Below, piece after piece: positions 12,416 through 23,890 of a stretch of DNA of 62,224 nt (the stretch's first letter is position 1; the number at the start of each line of letters is the position of its first letter). Made by a program: the position numbers and the translations under genes. Below the pieces are notes generated by a model. It was not told the DNA's origin and did no database searches. It saw only the letters and a program-made list of their open reading frames with translations. The stretch is from contig ML992501.1 of the NCBI GenBank assembly GCA_010093995.1, positions 3,244,489-3,306,712 of the forward strand. The letters are read 5' to 3'. This stretch comes from Elsinoe ampelina. Lineage: Eukaryota.

Positions 12416-12705
12416 CTACAGCGCTGCTTGTTTGTTTGTAGTTTGTAAGCAATTCAAGCAATCATGATTGAAATAGTTTGTTTGTGGACCAGTCTGTACA
12501 AAATCGTCATTGACTTTGATCAAGAGGTCGACCGCAGCTGTTGGGTCTGCGAGGAGAAATAGGCGTCGTTGGAGCTTCTTTGAATGATGAATGGTATCCT
12601 TCCAGACCAGTGAGACCCTTTGCAAGGGTGGGAGTCGTGTGGGTGAGTGTGTCGTAAAATCTCGCGGAGCAAGTACGAATTTCCAAGCACTTCTGCAGCA
12701 GTCAT
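12416..12705 (-). pseudogene. F-box-like protein remnant (frameshifted)
   Basis: MTAAEVLGNSYLLREILRH in one frame joins LQRVSLVWKDTIHHSKKLQRRLFL in another, matching the fungal F-box pattern VL...ELLE.IL...QRV...W...I..S..LQ..LFL. Confidence 0.6.
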
Positions 12706-13202
12706 GCTGTTGAAAGCGTTGTTGGAGGGTGCCTATGTGAGTGTGCCGACTGCAATTCCGGCTGACTTAGGGACGGGGGAAGTGAGCTGAGCCGAAAGCC
12801 ATGCATTCGTGAGAGATTTGCATGGACACTGGACCGCCTCGGTAGACGTACTGGGATGTCAGCTGATGCCGCTGAACAGAGGGCCAAGTCCTCAAGATGT
12901 GAATGTGATACCAAGTCTTGATCTTTGTCGTGACTAAGGCGCTATGAGCGGGAGAGACGGATTGATCATATATAACGGGCAGCAGTGTGCATCGAGATCG
13001 TCAACAGGCAGAACAAGTAAAGAGGTGGTTTCTTCATATGCAGAGCCAGTCTGTTCAAGGATGCGGCACCAAGAAAAGGGTTCGAGTGCTCAGTGAATCT
13101 TGATATTGGATAAGAACACAGAGATGAGGGAGTAGACTGCAATTTGGGGGGCAGGTGACAAGCGGCTACTCTGGAAGTGCCCATTTCCGTGACACGATGG
13201 CT

Positions 13203-15797
13203 TTACAGCTTCCTCCGCTTAGAGCTTCCCTGTCCGCCTCCTGCATCTGCCTCATGCGTCTCGATCTCTCTCCAGTCGCCCACCTTGCGTGCCACATCTT
13301 CTGCCATATGTCGTGCATCCGTGACGAAACCCTCATCACCAGGGTTGAATAGCACAGCGTTGGCAAACATACGCATGACTTCCTTTTCCAGTTGAGCGCT
13401 GTTGACAATGCCCTTTGGTGGTACGACATCTTCGGTCTTGGGTAACATGATGGTACTGCCAGTGATCTGCCCCCCTGCGTCGTCGCCATCCTCCCCCTCA
13501 GCTTCTGCCCCCTTTGCAGCGATAGCAGCGTTGACTGCTTTTGCTCCAGCTGTGATGGCTGCTTTGATGCTTTTGAGATCTTGTGGCCGCTTGATAATGT
13601 CGTTGTAGCCTTCTGCCTCCTTCTCAGTGACTGGCTTTTGGAAAGGACCAGCATGTCGATGGGCGGAAATCTCATTGAGAATGACAGCAGACAGTCGTGT
13701 GAAATTGCGAGTGGCATAGACCACGTCTTTCCGTTCCTCGCGATGCTCTTGGTTTGAGGGACCAGGCGTACCCCGAGGAGAAGGACGAACGGTGGAAGAA
13801 GGCGGTTGGAGTGTGGATCGGCGTGTTCGAGTGGCACGACCCGTTGCGGCTTCTGCTGGGTCCGATGCTGGTTCAGCGGGTGTTGAGCGATCGGTTTTTG
13901 GGCCCCCGCGAGTCCGCATCGTCGTTGCATCGGCTGCGGATACATCTGGGTGGGACATGACGGATTGGCTCCTCGTACGCCCGCGAGTAGAGGACGCAAT
14001 GTTGGAGGATGCGACAGAGCTACCCCTGGTCTTGCGAGCATTCTTGACAGAGCCCTTGCGTTGCTTCGAATCCTTTGTCGTCTGGGTCTCATCCGGTGGG
14101 GGACTGGAAGGCGGCTCGGGAGGTGGCCGGATTGGCTCGACGACGGGTCTCACAGGACTCAAAGGCTCGGCCGCCGGACGGGTTGGTGATCTCGGTGGCT
14201 GCAAAGGTGCATGACCCTGAGCTTTCCAGGTCGAGAATGATCTTGGTCTCCTTAGAGAAGCAATCACCGAGTTGGTGAGACGCTGCGAGTCAAGCGAGAG
14301 ACGAGGGTGTTGCTGCGGTGTCTGTGGGAATGGCGAATATTGCGCATATGGACTCTGGCCACCAGGCGGACCTTGAGGATGCGGTGGTTGAGCATATCGA
14401 TTTTGTTGCGGAGTAGCACGTTGGCCCTGATACTGATGTCGCACCTTGTTGGGGTCTTGAGCGGAGACTTGGAAGGGTGGTAGCTGAAAGCCGCCTTGCT
14501 GAGATGGGCGGATCTGGTAAGACGATTGCTGTTGTTGTGCTTGTGGGTGCTGCATGTATGCCTGCTGCTGAGCCGGGTATTGCTGGTATTGTTGGTATTG
14601 GTATGGCTGTTGCTGTGGAGGATAGCCACGACCTGTCGGGGGTCCTTGGACTGGTGAAGACCGCATTTGGGATGGCGAGCCATAATGAGGCGGCTGCATG
14701 GGGATCTGGCCGGGCGGAAGCGAGGGTTGAAACCCGTTCTGCATGACTGGAGATCCTTGTACCTGCATGCCAGGCGGTACTGGAAGCATTCTCCCAGGCG
14801 ATGTCGGAGACTGATTGGGCTGTTGGTGCTGCGTTGGCGGACTCGGCGCCGCCATAGGGTACTGTGGCAGATATGGTGACGAGTGTCTGACAGGTGGCGA
14901 TGCTTGGTAAGGCGAAGGAAGCTGCCCATGTTGCTGCACTGGCGACTGACCTGGCATTGGCCTCCCGTGGGAAGATACATGAGGACCTGTCAAATGCTCC
15001 GGTGCCATCTCTGACAACGGTGGTAGAGATTCCTTTGCAGCATGAGGCACGCCAACTGAGGTCACGCCCGAGGGTTGTCTCGCATGAGCTCCAGATCTTG
15101 CTGTGACCGGGTCGGGGGTGTGATTGACGAGGGCGTCGATACTTGCTCTTGCCGACCTGGGCCTTCCATCGGACTTGGAGTGATCGGAGACATGAGCATC
15201 TGCTGTCACAGGGTGGGCCACCGGCTCTGGTAATTTTCCAGATTCTGTAGCTTTCTGCTCGTCCGCTGGTGGTGGTTGAAGAGGTATTCCGTTCTCCAGC
15301 TTCAGCTTCTCATCAAACTCTCCCCTCTCATACTGCTTAATCTCTTGATCCAGACGATCGATGTCTTTCTCCTCCTGCTTAATCTCGGCAACAATTGTGT
15401 CTCGGTAGCGAGCGTAGAGCTTGGTTACGAGTTGGGGAAGAAGGTAAATGTGCTTTGCTGCAGCCTCGACCGATGGTAAAGTAGGACTGACGGCTTTGCG
15501 CTTGCGCGAACCGGGCGAAGCATCTCCATTTTGAAGGATTGCACCATTAGTGAGAGTGTTGCTGGTGTCGTCGCGTGCCTCGTCTTTCACCAAGCTGAGA
15601 TAGAGATGCTGGAGCGCGTCGGCGGACAAGCGGTCACGATCGAAGGAAGCATCATTTTTCACCAGCGGTAATGTTACCAGCTCATTTGATATTTTGCCAA
15701 AATCGATCGAGGTCAGATCCTGAGATCTAAGAGCTTGGAAGAATAATAATGATTCGAGAGGGGTGTATCGCGTCGGGGTGATGCCGTTCGTCACCAT
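13203..15797 (-). CDS. Bromodomain-containing protein (BRD8-like, putative NuA4/SWR1-associated)
   Basis: 864-aa ORF. C-terminal bromodomain (AGPFQKPV..EAEGYNDIIKRPQDLKSIK...MRMFANAVLFN), N-terminal helical/coiled-coil region, Q/P-rich middle. Confidence 0.85.
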   Translation of the reverse strand: MVTNGITPTRYTPLESLLFFQALRSQDLTSIDFGKISNELVTLPLVKNDASFDRDRLSADALQHLYLSLVKDEARDDTSNTLTNGAILQNGDASPGSRKRKAVSPTLPSVEAAAKHIYLLPQLVTKLYARYRDTIVAEIKQEEKDIDRLDQEIKQYERGEFDEKLKLENGIPLQPPPADEQKATESGKLPEPVAHPVTADAHVSDHSKSDGRPRSARASIDALVNHTPDPVTARSGAHARQPSGVTSVGVPHAAKESLPPLSEMAPEHLTGPHVSSHGRPMPGQSPVQQHGQLPSPYQASPPVRHSSPYLPQYPMAAPSPPTQHQQPNQSPTSPGRMLPVPPGMQVQGSPVMQNGFQPSLPPGQIPMQPPHYGSPSQMRSSPVQGPPTGRGYPPQQQPYQYQQYQQYPAQQQAYMQHPQAQQQQSSYQIRPSQQGGFQLPPFQVSAQDPNKVRHQYQGQRATPQQNRYAQPPHPQGPPGGQSPYAQYSPFPQTPQQHPRLSLDSQRLTNSVIASLRRPRSFSTWKAQGHAPLQPPRSPTRPAAEPLSPVRPVVEPIRPPPEPPSSPPPDETQTTKDSKQRKGSVKNARKTRGSSVASSNIASSTRGRTRSQSVMSHPDVSAADATTMRTRGGPKTDRSTPAEPASDPAEAATGRATRTRRSTLQPPSSTVRPSPRGTPGPSNQEHREERKDVVYATRNFTRLSAVILNEISAHRHAGPFQKPVTEKEAEGYNDIIKRPQDLKSIKAAITAGAKAVNAAIAAKGAEAEGEDGDDAGGQITGSTIMLPKTEDVVPPKGIVNSAQLEKEVMRMFANAVLFNPGDEGFVTDARHMAEDVARKVGDWREIETHEADAGGGQGSSKRRKL

Positions 15798-16596
15798 GGA
15801 GGAGGATGTCGTGCGACCGGGACAGGGAAAAGAGGATGGAACGACGTGTCGATGCTGTGGATGCGCTCATATTTCGTGTCGCAAAGGGTGAATTAATTAG
15901 GAGCCATGCTGCGATGCGGTTTTGTGAATCAGTGACAGGTCTGGGTGTCGTTTGGTTGTTGTCGCTGTTGGTCAAATTTTTGCGACGGAGCCGAGTTTGC
16001 GATGGAGATTGATTTTTGCGGAGATCTTCTCTTTGCCGTCACTAAAGACAGATTACTGAAGGTTTCCAGGCCAGTGTCTGCGCCGCCAGCCATAGAGAAA
16101 ATAGAGAAAAGTCACGCTAGTAGATCAGAATTGGCCGTCGCGAGTGATTATCATTATTTAGACTTCTACATAGACTTTGGTCTCATCATGGGAGTATCAT
16201 CCACCTACAGATCACACATCTCTCATTACCTCGCCTCGCCTCGATTCATGTATAACTTGGTGTAATTCGGCGAAGGAGGCCCTTGCGTGTTTGATGTGAC
16301 AGGGGCTCGACCTCATCCTCATGCTCATCTTCCGTCGTTGCTGATGCTCCTCCGCATCCTCCCTTGAGCTCCACCCGCCGCTCGTCACTGACAAACACAT
16401 GTGAACGAGTCTTGATTATTCCTCTATCCTCTCCTCCCTGCTTCTTGGGCGCTCACAACCAATTCTCCAGCTAGTCTCTCTGAGCTCCTCCGCAGCGGGC
16501 TGCACCTCATCGGGACCCTTTCACCACCACCACGACTGATCAAAGTGCACGACATACAGCACACACAATCCTACGGATACCTTCATCTCCTACATC

Positions 16597-17195
16597 ATGG
16601 CCTCGAACAATGCCATGCCCAGCATTTCCGCTGAGCCCGAGTCGTAAGCTCAAGAGAAGAGAAGAATTTCAAGGGGTAGCGAGGCTAAGGCGAGGTAGAC
16701 ACGCAGCAAAGAACTTCGGAGCTGATCTCGACGCCGTCTTCGGTATCGACAAACCCCTCGCCGAGCTGTCTAAGAAAGTGCAAGAGAAGTAAGGACCATG
16801 CCACAGGGCTAGACACGCAGCTAACCTTTGTCAGGAAGAAGGAGGTGGACAATCAGGCGTCGGAACTGGCAGCGATCGAGAACCGTCTGAAGGAAGCAGA
16901 AGCAAAGCTCGCCCAGGTCACAGGCTCTGCCCCTCCCACGCCAGCAAAGAGCAGTTCACAATCTAGAAACGAACCCAACTACGCCCACACCACCACCGCC
17001 CAGAGCCGTCCAGCTATACCGCCAAATGACGCATCAGCCAACTTCTCCCGTCCACAGCCACAAGAAACTGTCCCGAGGAAGCCCATGAATAGCAGACAAG
17101 ACTCGTTGGGTCTACCACCAATCCCCGGAGCAATGCCAGTCACTCCGGCCGAGACAAGGGGGAGTGAGTACATGGCGTCTGGCAGCGCAAGGTGA
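16597..17195 (+). CDS. Hypothetical coiled-coil protein (2 introns)
   Basis: ATG 16597. Introns GTAAGC..GCTAAG..TAG (~16644-16699) and GTAAGG..GCTAAC..CAG (~16789-16834) join exons into MASNNAMPSISAEPESHAAKNFGADLDAVFG..EKKKEVDNQASELAAIENRLKEAE. Confidence 0.65.
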
Positions 17196-17830
17196 TGGAC
17201 AGAATGCTTTGGTCATGTCGGGCGTTATACAGCGAAAACAGATGCATGGGTGGATCGTCGTTCACAAAAGTATCATGGCTCTAGGGAACAATGTGGAAGC
17301 TCGATATCAGCAAGGCGGTATCCCAAGATTCGATTGGAACATCAATTGCAAGTCGTGAGATCGTCAGGTACCATGTATTGCATGCCCATCGAAACTTGAG
17401 GCGGAAATTGGTGATTCTAATCGCCGACTTTCTTCTACCTACAGTACAGTATGAGCAAATGCTACGTCATTTCAAAAATGGATCGAACCCTCTTTTTCAG
17501 TTTCACCGACATTGTTGACCTTTTCTCACCAAATTTATCCCTCGCGAACTGTGCCATGGTGGGGCATCGATTGACAATTCCAGTGCCGAAGACGCGATTT
17601 TCCACCGTCTTCTTCTCCTTCACGCCGACCAGTTTAGCGATCTGTATTGCGACATTTGTCATCCATCAGGCTAGCAGGTTGGTAATTTGGGCAAGTATAT
17701 TTCTCGGCCATAACCCTTCTCCCCTTGTAACCAAAACGCTTATCCATCCTCCCACATTCCAATCCAGACCACGAGACATCAGACTCTACACCCAACTCCT
17801 CCTCTTTAGTCTTGGTCCACCGCATTCAAT

Positions 17831-18943
17831 ATGGCATCCAGCAGTAGGCTCTTCGAGCCCCTCCGCATCGGCTCTCTCAACCTCTCCTCCCGCCTGATTA
17901 TGGCACCCCTCACCCGCTTCCGCGCCGACGGCGAACACGTCCCTCTCCCCTTTGTCGCAGAGTACTACGCCCAACGCGCCTGCGTCCCTGGCACTCTCCT
18001 CATCACCGAAGCCACCTTCATCTCCCCACAAGCGGGCGGCTACCCCTCGGTACCAGGCATCTATTCACAACCTCAAATCGACGCCTGGAAAAAGATCGTC
18101 GACGCCGTCCACGAGAAGGGCGGGTACATCTACCTCCAGCTCTGGGCGCTAGGTAGAGCAGCCAAGGGCGCAGTCCTCAAGCAGGAAGGCGCAGGCGACG
18201 TCGTCTCGGCCAGCGACCTCCCCATCGAAGGAGGAGGTGACACCCCCCGCCCCCTCACCGAGGAGGAGATCCAGCAGTACATCAAGGATTACGCGCAGGC
18301 AGCCAAGAACGCGGTCCACGGCGCCGGCTTCGACGGTGTAGAGATCCATGGCGCAAACGGCTACCTCGTCGATCAGTTCCTCCAGGACGTGAGCAACAAG
18401 CGCACCGACGCATGGGGAGGCAGCGTCGAGAAGCGCGCGAGGTTCGGCATCGAGGTCTCCAAGGCTGTCGTCGAGGCTGTGGGCGCGGACAAGACGGGCA
18501 TCAGGTTGAGCCCGTGGAGTACTTTCCAGAGCATGAAGATGGCGAACCCGATTCCCCAGTTCACATATCTGCTGCAGGAGCTGAAGAAGTTGATGTTGGC
18601 GTATGTGCATGTCGTAGAGAGTAGGGTGAGCGGAAACGCGGACGTGGAAAGCACCGAGAAGAACGACTTTGTCTTCAACTTGTGGGATGTGAGCCCAGTC
18701 TTGACCGCTGGGGGATTCAAGCCGGATAGTGCCAAGAGGTTCGTGGATGAGGAGTACAAGGACAAGGAGTTGGGAGTCGTGTTTGGGAGGTACTTTATCA
18801 GCACGCCGGATCTGGTGTACAGAATCAAGAATGGCTTGGAGTTGCAGCCGTATGATCGGGATACCTTCTACAACCCAGGCAAGCCAGAAGGATACATTGA
18901 TTATCCCTTCAGCGAGGAGTTCAAGAAGGAGGCGAAACTGTGA
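17831..18943 (+). CDS. Old yellow enzyme (NADH:flavin oxidoreductase)
   Basis: 370 aa; MAPLTRFR, YYAQRA, GFDGVEIHGANGYLVDQF, FGRYFISTPDL. Confidence 0.95.
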   Translation: MASSSRLFEPLRIGSLNLSSRLIMAPLTRFRADGEHVPLPFVAEYYAQRACVPGTLLITEATFISPQAGGYPSVPGIYSQPQIDAWKKIVDAVHEKGGYIYLQLWALGRAAKGAVLKQEGAGDVVSASDLPIEGGGDTPRPLTEEEIQQYIKDYAQAAKNAVHGAGFDGVEIHGANGYLVDQFLQDVSNKRTDAWGGSVEKRARFGIEVSKAVVEAVGADKTGIRLSPWSTFQSMKMANPIPQFTYLLQELKKLMLAYVHVVESRVSGNADVESTEKNDFVFNLWDVSPVLTAGGFKPDSAKRFVDEEYKDKELGVVFGRYFISTPDLVYRIKNGLELQPYDRDTFYNPGKPEGYIDYPFSEEFKKEAKL

Positions 18944-19072
18944 AGAACACAGGGTGAACAAAGTATAGATCTAGATGTACAGCCAAGACGATAGATGATC
19001 AATGACTTTTATGCATCAAAGAGACTGGAACATGTTCTGTCGTGGATATCCGGAAGGACTCTCAAACCATCC

Positions 19073-21355
19073 TCACTCGAGGTCAACGTCCATCTCATCC
19101 TCATCGTACGTGACACCCTTCTTGGCACGTCCACTCTGCCTCCTCCCTTTGGGCGCCGGTCTCTGCTTTTTTATTACCGGAGTAGGCGGCTCTTCCTGCT
19201 CGCTCAGCTCTGGCATGTCCGGCTCCTCCCCATCACTAGTGCTGGGAGTGATGACCTCCTTCTTCTTCTTACCACTCTTTGCCTTGGGCTTCGGCGCAGT
19301 CTCCGTCTTGCCCTTGTTCGACTTCTCGAGCTTCTCTTTCGTCGCTGCGGCCACCTTGTCTTGAGCTGCCTTGAATTTGGCCTTTAATGCCGCCTTTGCC
19401 TTTTTCGTGGCTGGTGTCGCACCCGGATCGCTGTCTTCGGCCTCTTCCCCGGCGTCTTCCGCTTTGACCTTCTTCGCTGGAGTGCCTGCCGGGTTCTTGG
19501 GCTTCACCTCTCGCTTCTTTGGGCGTAGCCATTCCTCCATGGTCGGTGGCCAGTACACTCTTCCTTCCGGACCACCCATGCCAACTTCTTCATCGGGTGC
19601 CATTTTGATCTCTTCCAACTCTTCTTCTTCCACATCTTCGCCTTTCTTGGCTGCTTTTGCCTTTTTGGTCGCAAGCTTTTTATCTCGCTTTGTCTGTTCT
19701 TGAACAGCGAATTTGTTGTCATCCGCCCGAGTATACGGTATGATATCGTTGAAGGTCTCATATCCTGGTAGCTTGAACGTGCGCATCAGTTCGAAACAGG
19801 CCTGCTCTTTGTCCTTGGCTTCAATCATCAAATCCATGGTGTCGGGACAGGGTGGGAGAGTCATGACTCGGGCACTATGCTTGCGTCGCTGGCGACCGGT
19901 GATGGCTGGAGGTGTCGGCTCGGAGTAGTGCATCTTTGGAGTGATGTTCTTCCTCTGCCAAGTCGCCAGGATTCGAGGGTATAGGTTGACAATATCTGCT
20001 GTACCTTCGCGAATCTGGGTGGAATCAAAGATGATGTTGTGGTGGTGATAATCGAGGACAAATGGGATATTGAGCTCTTCGCAGATCGGAAGTAGCTCGT
20101 GGACGCACCATGAAACGTCGTCATTTTCGAGTACAAGGCGATTCTTGATGGACTGAGGTAGAGTAGCATAAACGGATCGGAATCTGTCTAGAGTGGCAGC
20201 CTTGTCGCCAAAGACACCTCCAAGGTGAAGAATCATGACAGCGTCGCGGTTCTGCTGCTCTGGAAGCTTCAACAGCGACAGCATCTCGTCATGGTATGCC
20301 AGATCTCGGATGGCATTGGCTGTGACAGACTCGCGTGGTGAGCCAAGCTGAGTAAACTGACCAGGATGCGTCGTCACACGATGACCAAGTTCTGCAATGA
20401 CCCTACCGGCTTCTGCTAGTGCATCGGCTGCGAAGGGCGCCAGTGGGTATCCATACTCCTCATGGGAAGCGAAGGGGAACATTTCCGAAGATAGCCGCAT
20501 GAACTTGATGCCGTACTTGTCGTTCCAGCGTACCATCTTGGAGATGTCGCGGACATTGGCCAAGCATATCTCTTCCAAATATCTCTTTCCTCGGGCCTCG
20601 TCTGCCGGCTGCATCCTGTCTGGACGATTCTTGGTAGCATGCTCCGGCTCATTTGGATTCTGCAAAGGGTGACGGTGCTCAAGGATAGACGCAATCCTGC
20701 ATGTCCGCGAGGAGAAGACGGGCGGGGTGGAATAACGAAGATATGTGTTCAGACAAGCATACCCGAGTCGACCCTTCCAAGGCAGGGGCAGGTATGAGCT
20801 ATTGACGGGTGGTGGTCTGCTCAGGGCCTCCTTGACTTCCTCCTCATCTGCCTCCTCGTCGACTTCTGCTTCATTGTCTCTCAGTGCGTCCACATCTTCC
20901 TCGGTCTTGATGGGCATTTTCGGCGCCTTGTCATCATCAGGAGCAGCCTTTGCCTTGGTACTCCTCTTGCCCTTTGATTTTGACTGCGGCGGTGCCTCGA
21001 GCTCTGGTGGTTCAGAGAGTGGACTCTCTGGCTCCTCGGTCTTGACGATGGGAGCCTCGGGAGCTACAGCGTGAAGACCATTAGTCAGTACTGGGGGACT
21101 CGGAGGTGCCTTCATGGCTGGTGAAGCTGCCGTGTCGACCTTTCGTGACTTGCGCTTGTTGTTGTCTGGAGTTGGCAGTCCCGAGGCATCGACCACCGGT
21201 GGTGGCATGGCAGTGGTGGATGCATCGTCTGTAGCGACAGAAGATCGCTTTCTTTTTGGGGCCATGTTGTGCAGAAGGGATGGGGCAGGAGAAGAGTAGA
21301 TCCGACTGGATGCTAGCAGCTGTCGGCTGAAGAGACGCAGTGGCAAGCGTATCAT
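19073..21355 (-). CDS. uve1: UV-damage endonuclease (UVDE)
   Basis: 760 aa; GRLGYACLNT, FMRLSSEMFPFASH, HPGQFTQLGSP, LENDD, DYHHH, PKMHYSE, DLMIEAKDKEQA. K-rich flanks. Confidence 0.95.
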   Translation of the reverse strand: MIRLPLRLFSRQLLASSRIYSSPAPSLLHNMAPKRKRSSVATDDASTTAMPPPVVDASGLPTPDNNKRKSRKVDTAASPAMKAPPSPPVLTNGLHAVAPEAPIVKTEEPESPLSEPPELEAPPQSKSKGKRSTKAKAAPDDDKAPKMPIKTEEDVDALRDNEAEVDEEADEEEVKEALSRPPPVNSSYLPLPWKGRLGYACLNTYLRYSTPPVFSSRTCRIASILEHRHPLQNPNEPEHATKNRPDRMQPADEARGKRYLEEICLANVRDISKMVRWNDKYGIKFMRLSSEMFPFASHEEYGYPLAPFAADALAEAGRVIAELGHRVTTHPGQFTQLGSPRESVTANAIRDLAYHDEMLSLLKLPEQQNRDAVMILHLGGVFGDKAATLDRFRSVYATLPQSIKNRLVLENDDVSWCVHELLPICEELNIPFVLDYHHHNIIFDSTQIREGTADIVNLYPRILATWQRKNITPKMHYSEPTPPAITGRQRRKHSARVMTLPPCPDTMDLMIEAKDKEQACFELMRTFKLPGYETFNDIIPYTRADDNKFAVQEQTKRDKKLATKKAKAAKKGEDVEEEELEEIKMAPDEEVGMGGPEGRVYWPPTMEEWLRPKKREVKPKNPAGTPAKKVKAEDAGEEAEDSDPGATPATKKAKAALKAKFKAAQDKVAAATKEKLEKSNKGKTETAPKPKAKSGKKKKEVITPSTSDGEEPDMPELSEQEEPPTPVIKKQRPAPKGRRQSGRAKKGVTYDEDEMDVDLE

Positions 21356-21358
21356 GAG

Positions 21359-21470
21359 ACGCGTGCGGGAATGCTACGAAGAAGAGAGACAGGTCGGATA
21401 CTCATGAAGCTCTGTTGTGCAAGGCAGAAGAGGGACAGGGATAGATCTGACAGAACGCGATCTGTCGCGT
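21359..21470. promoter_or_regulatory. MCB-like (ACGCGW) sites upstream of uve1
   Basis: ACGCGT at 21359-21364; inverted pair ACGCGA-N4-TCGCGT at 21455-21470. Confidence 0.4.
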
Positions 21471-22434
21471 GCCTGGATCTCACTAAGTTACCAAGTTACT
21501 GTATCTGCAGGTGTTTCTGTTTTTGCGCCTGAGATCTGCTTTTGGTGTCGTCTCTGTGATCTCACTCCTGCCGCCTTACGTCATCGTTTTTTCGAAGATG
21601 CGGCTGAACAAAGTCCGAAATCGCAAATTGACTTTGGCCTCTTCACATGTTTCGCGCGACACCATTTCACCATTCGGACGCGAAGGATACAGACCGACGG
21701 CATCTGGTTACACGGTGATAGTTCGGCGATGCTCCAAATAGTGGTCATCCACGCGCTGGGCTGCTACTGAAAGTCATGGTGAAGGGTACGAAATGGTGGA
21801 TCCAGTATCCGCTCTGAGGTGAGAGGGCGAGGACGAAGAGCATGATAGGAAATCCAGGATGGGGTCGTTCCGGAGCCTGGAGGATTGCTTCTTCATTCTT
21901 GTTGCTCGAAAATATGGTTCCAGAGGAGTTTTGGGTATCTGCTGATGGTGAAGTCAAAGATCCTTGAGATCGCGGTAGGTGCACTATCCGACACTGTTCA
22001 GCTCACTCAATCCACTTGGGGGCAAGATAGGCAGCAAGCGCACCTATGGTCTGTCTCAAGCAGATGCGTTTCATCTCTCTATTGCTGCGATTGTCTTATC
22101 ATCCCCAGACTCCCGCCGTATCAGTGCCTCGATGCTGGTGTGCTATCCGACAAGCATTTGTCGGCTAGGAGAGCTATGTCGGAAGTGGGCAGTTCCGTCA
22201 ACGTTGAACACGAAGAACGAATGGCTCAAGCCGCACGCAAAGGATGACCGCCGCATAGGCACGGCTAGAGCTTCGTGCCACGTGAGATCTGTGTTATCTA
22301 AGAAGTACCAGGCCCCCTCAGCTCGGGACCTGCAGATGTGTACAGTTGACAGTCTTCTTTTTCTCAAGATCATCTTCTCCTGCGTTGTACATACAGCATC
22401 TCTGCAGTGAAACACACACATTGCAGATCTTACC

Positions 22435-23842
22435 ATGCCTGCTCAAAGTGGCTGGCGAAGTCTGAACGCAGCCGTCGTCGGTGGTGGCATAGGCGGTCTA
22501 TGTGTAGCTCTCGCACTACGAAGAAGCGGGCACAAGGTCACCATCTACGAGCGAGCCGACTTTGCTGGTGAGGTCGGTGCGTCCGTGTCGTGTGCAGCCA
22601 ATGGCACCCGATGGCTTCACGAGTGGGAGGTGGATGTCGCAAAAGGCGATCCGGTCGTGCTCAAGAAACTCATCAACCGGGACTGGCGGACGGGTGAGCC
22701 CGTCAGTGTCTTCGACTTGGGCGACTACGAGGAGAAATGGGGCTATGTAGGTAACATTGCTGTCAAAGCTGGCATACACTCTGACAAGTAGAAAGGTCTA
22801 CAACATGTTCCATCGACAATACATGCACAAGATCCTCCTTGAGGCAGCAACAGGTGAAGGGAAAGGGATTCCGGCAAAGCTGATTGTCAACCACAAATGC
22901 AAAGATATCGACTTGGAGACTGGCAACATCGAGTTCGAGAACGGTGTTTCAGTCTCGCATGAAGTGATCATCGGAGCAGACGGTATCGGCTCAGCAGTAC
23001 GACGAATCATTGGCATCGAACCAGTCAAGAAGCCTGCGCCGCAGAGCTGTCTACATGCCAACGTCACGACAGAAGAAGCGGTGAAACTCGGTCTCATCGA
23101 CTACTCTCAGAACGAAGCACTGGAATATTGGGGTGGACATGAAGAGTGGAACAAGATCGTTCTGTCGCCTTGCAATGGCGGAAGTCTACTCAGCTACTAC
23201 TGTTTCTTCCCTCGAGATGTGCACGACTACTCGTCCCAGAATTGGAATAGCGATGCAACTACGGAAGAGCTCCTTACCCCATACCCGGACCTGGATAAGG
23301 GTGTCTTCAAGCACTTGGCTATCGGCAAGGAGATTCGACCGTGGAAGCTCTGGATGCACGAACCGTATCCACACTGGCAAAAGGGTTTGGCCTGCGTACT
23401 AGGTGATGCAGCTCATCCCGTATGTCTGATCAAAAGCATTCGAGCTCTGCCACTGACTTGTCCCAGATGATGCCGCACCAAAGTCAAGGAGCTTGTATGG
23501 CCATTGAGGACGCCGCCTCGCTTGGCATCATCTTCAGCGAAAAGCACTTCAACGGAGATGTACGGGAAGCCCTCGAAGTGTACGAAAAAGTAAGGAAGCC
23601 CCGAGCGACAAGAGTACAGCAGGGATCGATACGAGCCATGTTCAACATCCACGAACGGATCGGATTCACGGACAAGACGGACAGCAAGCACTACAAAGTG
23701 ATCGACGAGAGCAACAAGCTGACTGTGGCTGAGCTGAATGGGTAAGTGAATACTGCGTCTCGCTCGATTCTCTCTGACCGTGAGCAGGTACGACATGTTT
23801 GCGGATGTTGCATCCAAGTTCAATGACATCCGCGCAGTATAG
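22435..23842 (+). CDS. FAD-dependent monooxygenase (salicylate hydroxylase-like), 3 introns
   Basis: [38 protein letters not shown]. Introns 22747-22795, 23420-23466, 23742-23787. Confidence 0.9.
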
Positions 23843-23890
23843 CGAGCACGGCGAGGATTTGTATACACCACCTTGACATGATAGCATACC

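Noticed and set aside
13166..18961. Long alternative-frame or antisense ORFs (13166-14092, 14264-14980, 18149-18961)
   Set aside because: Shadow ORFs over well-supported genes, with no motifs.
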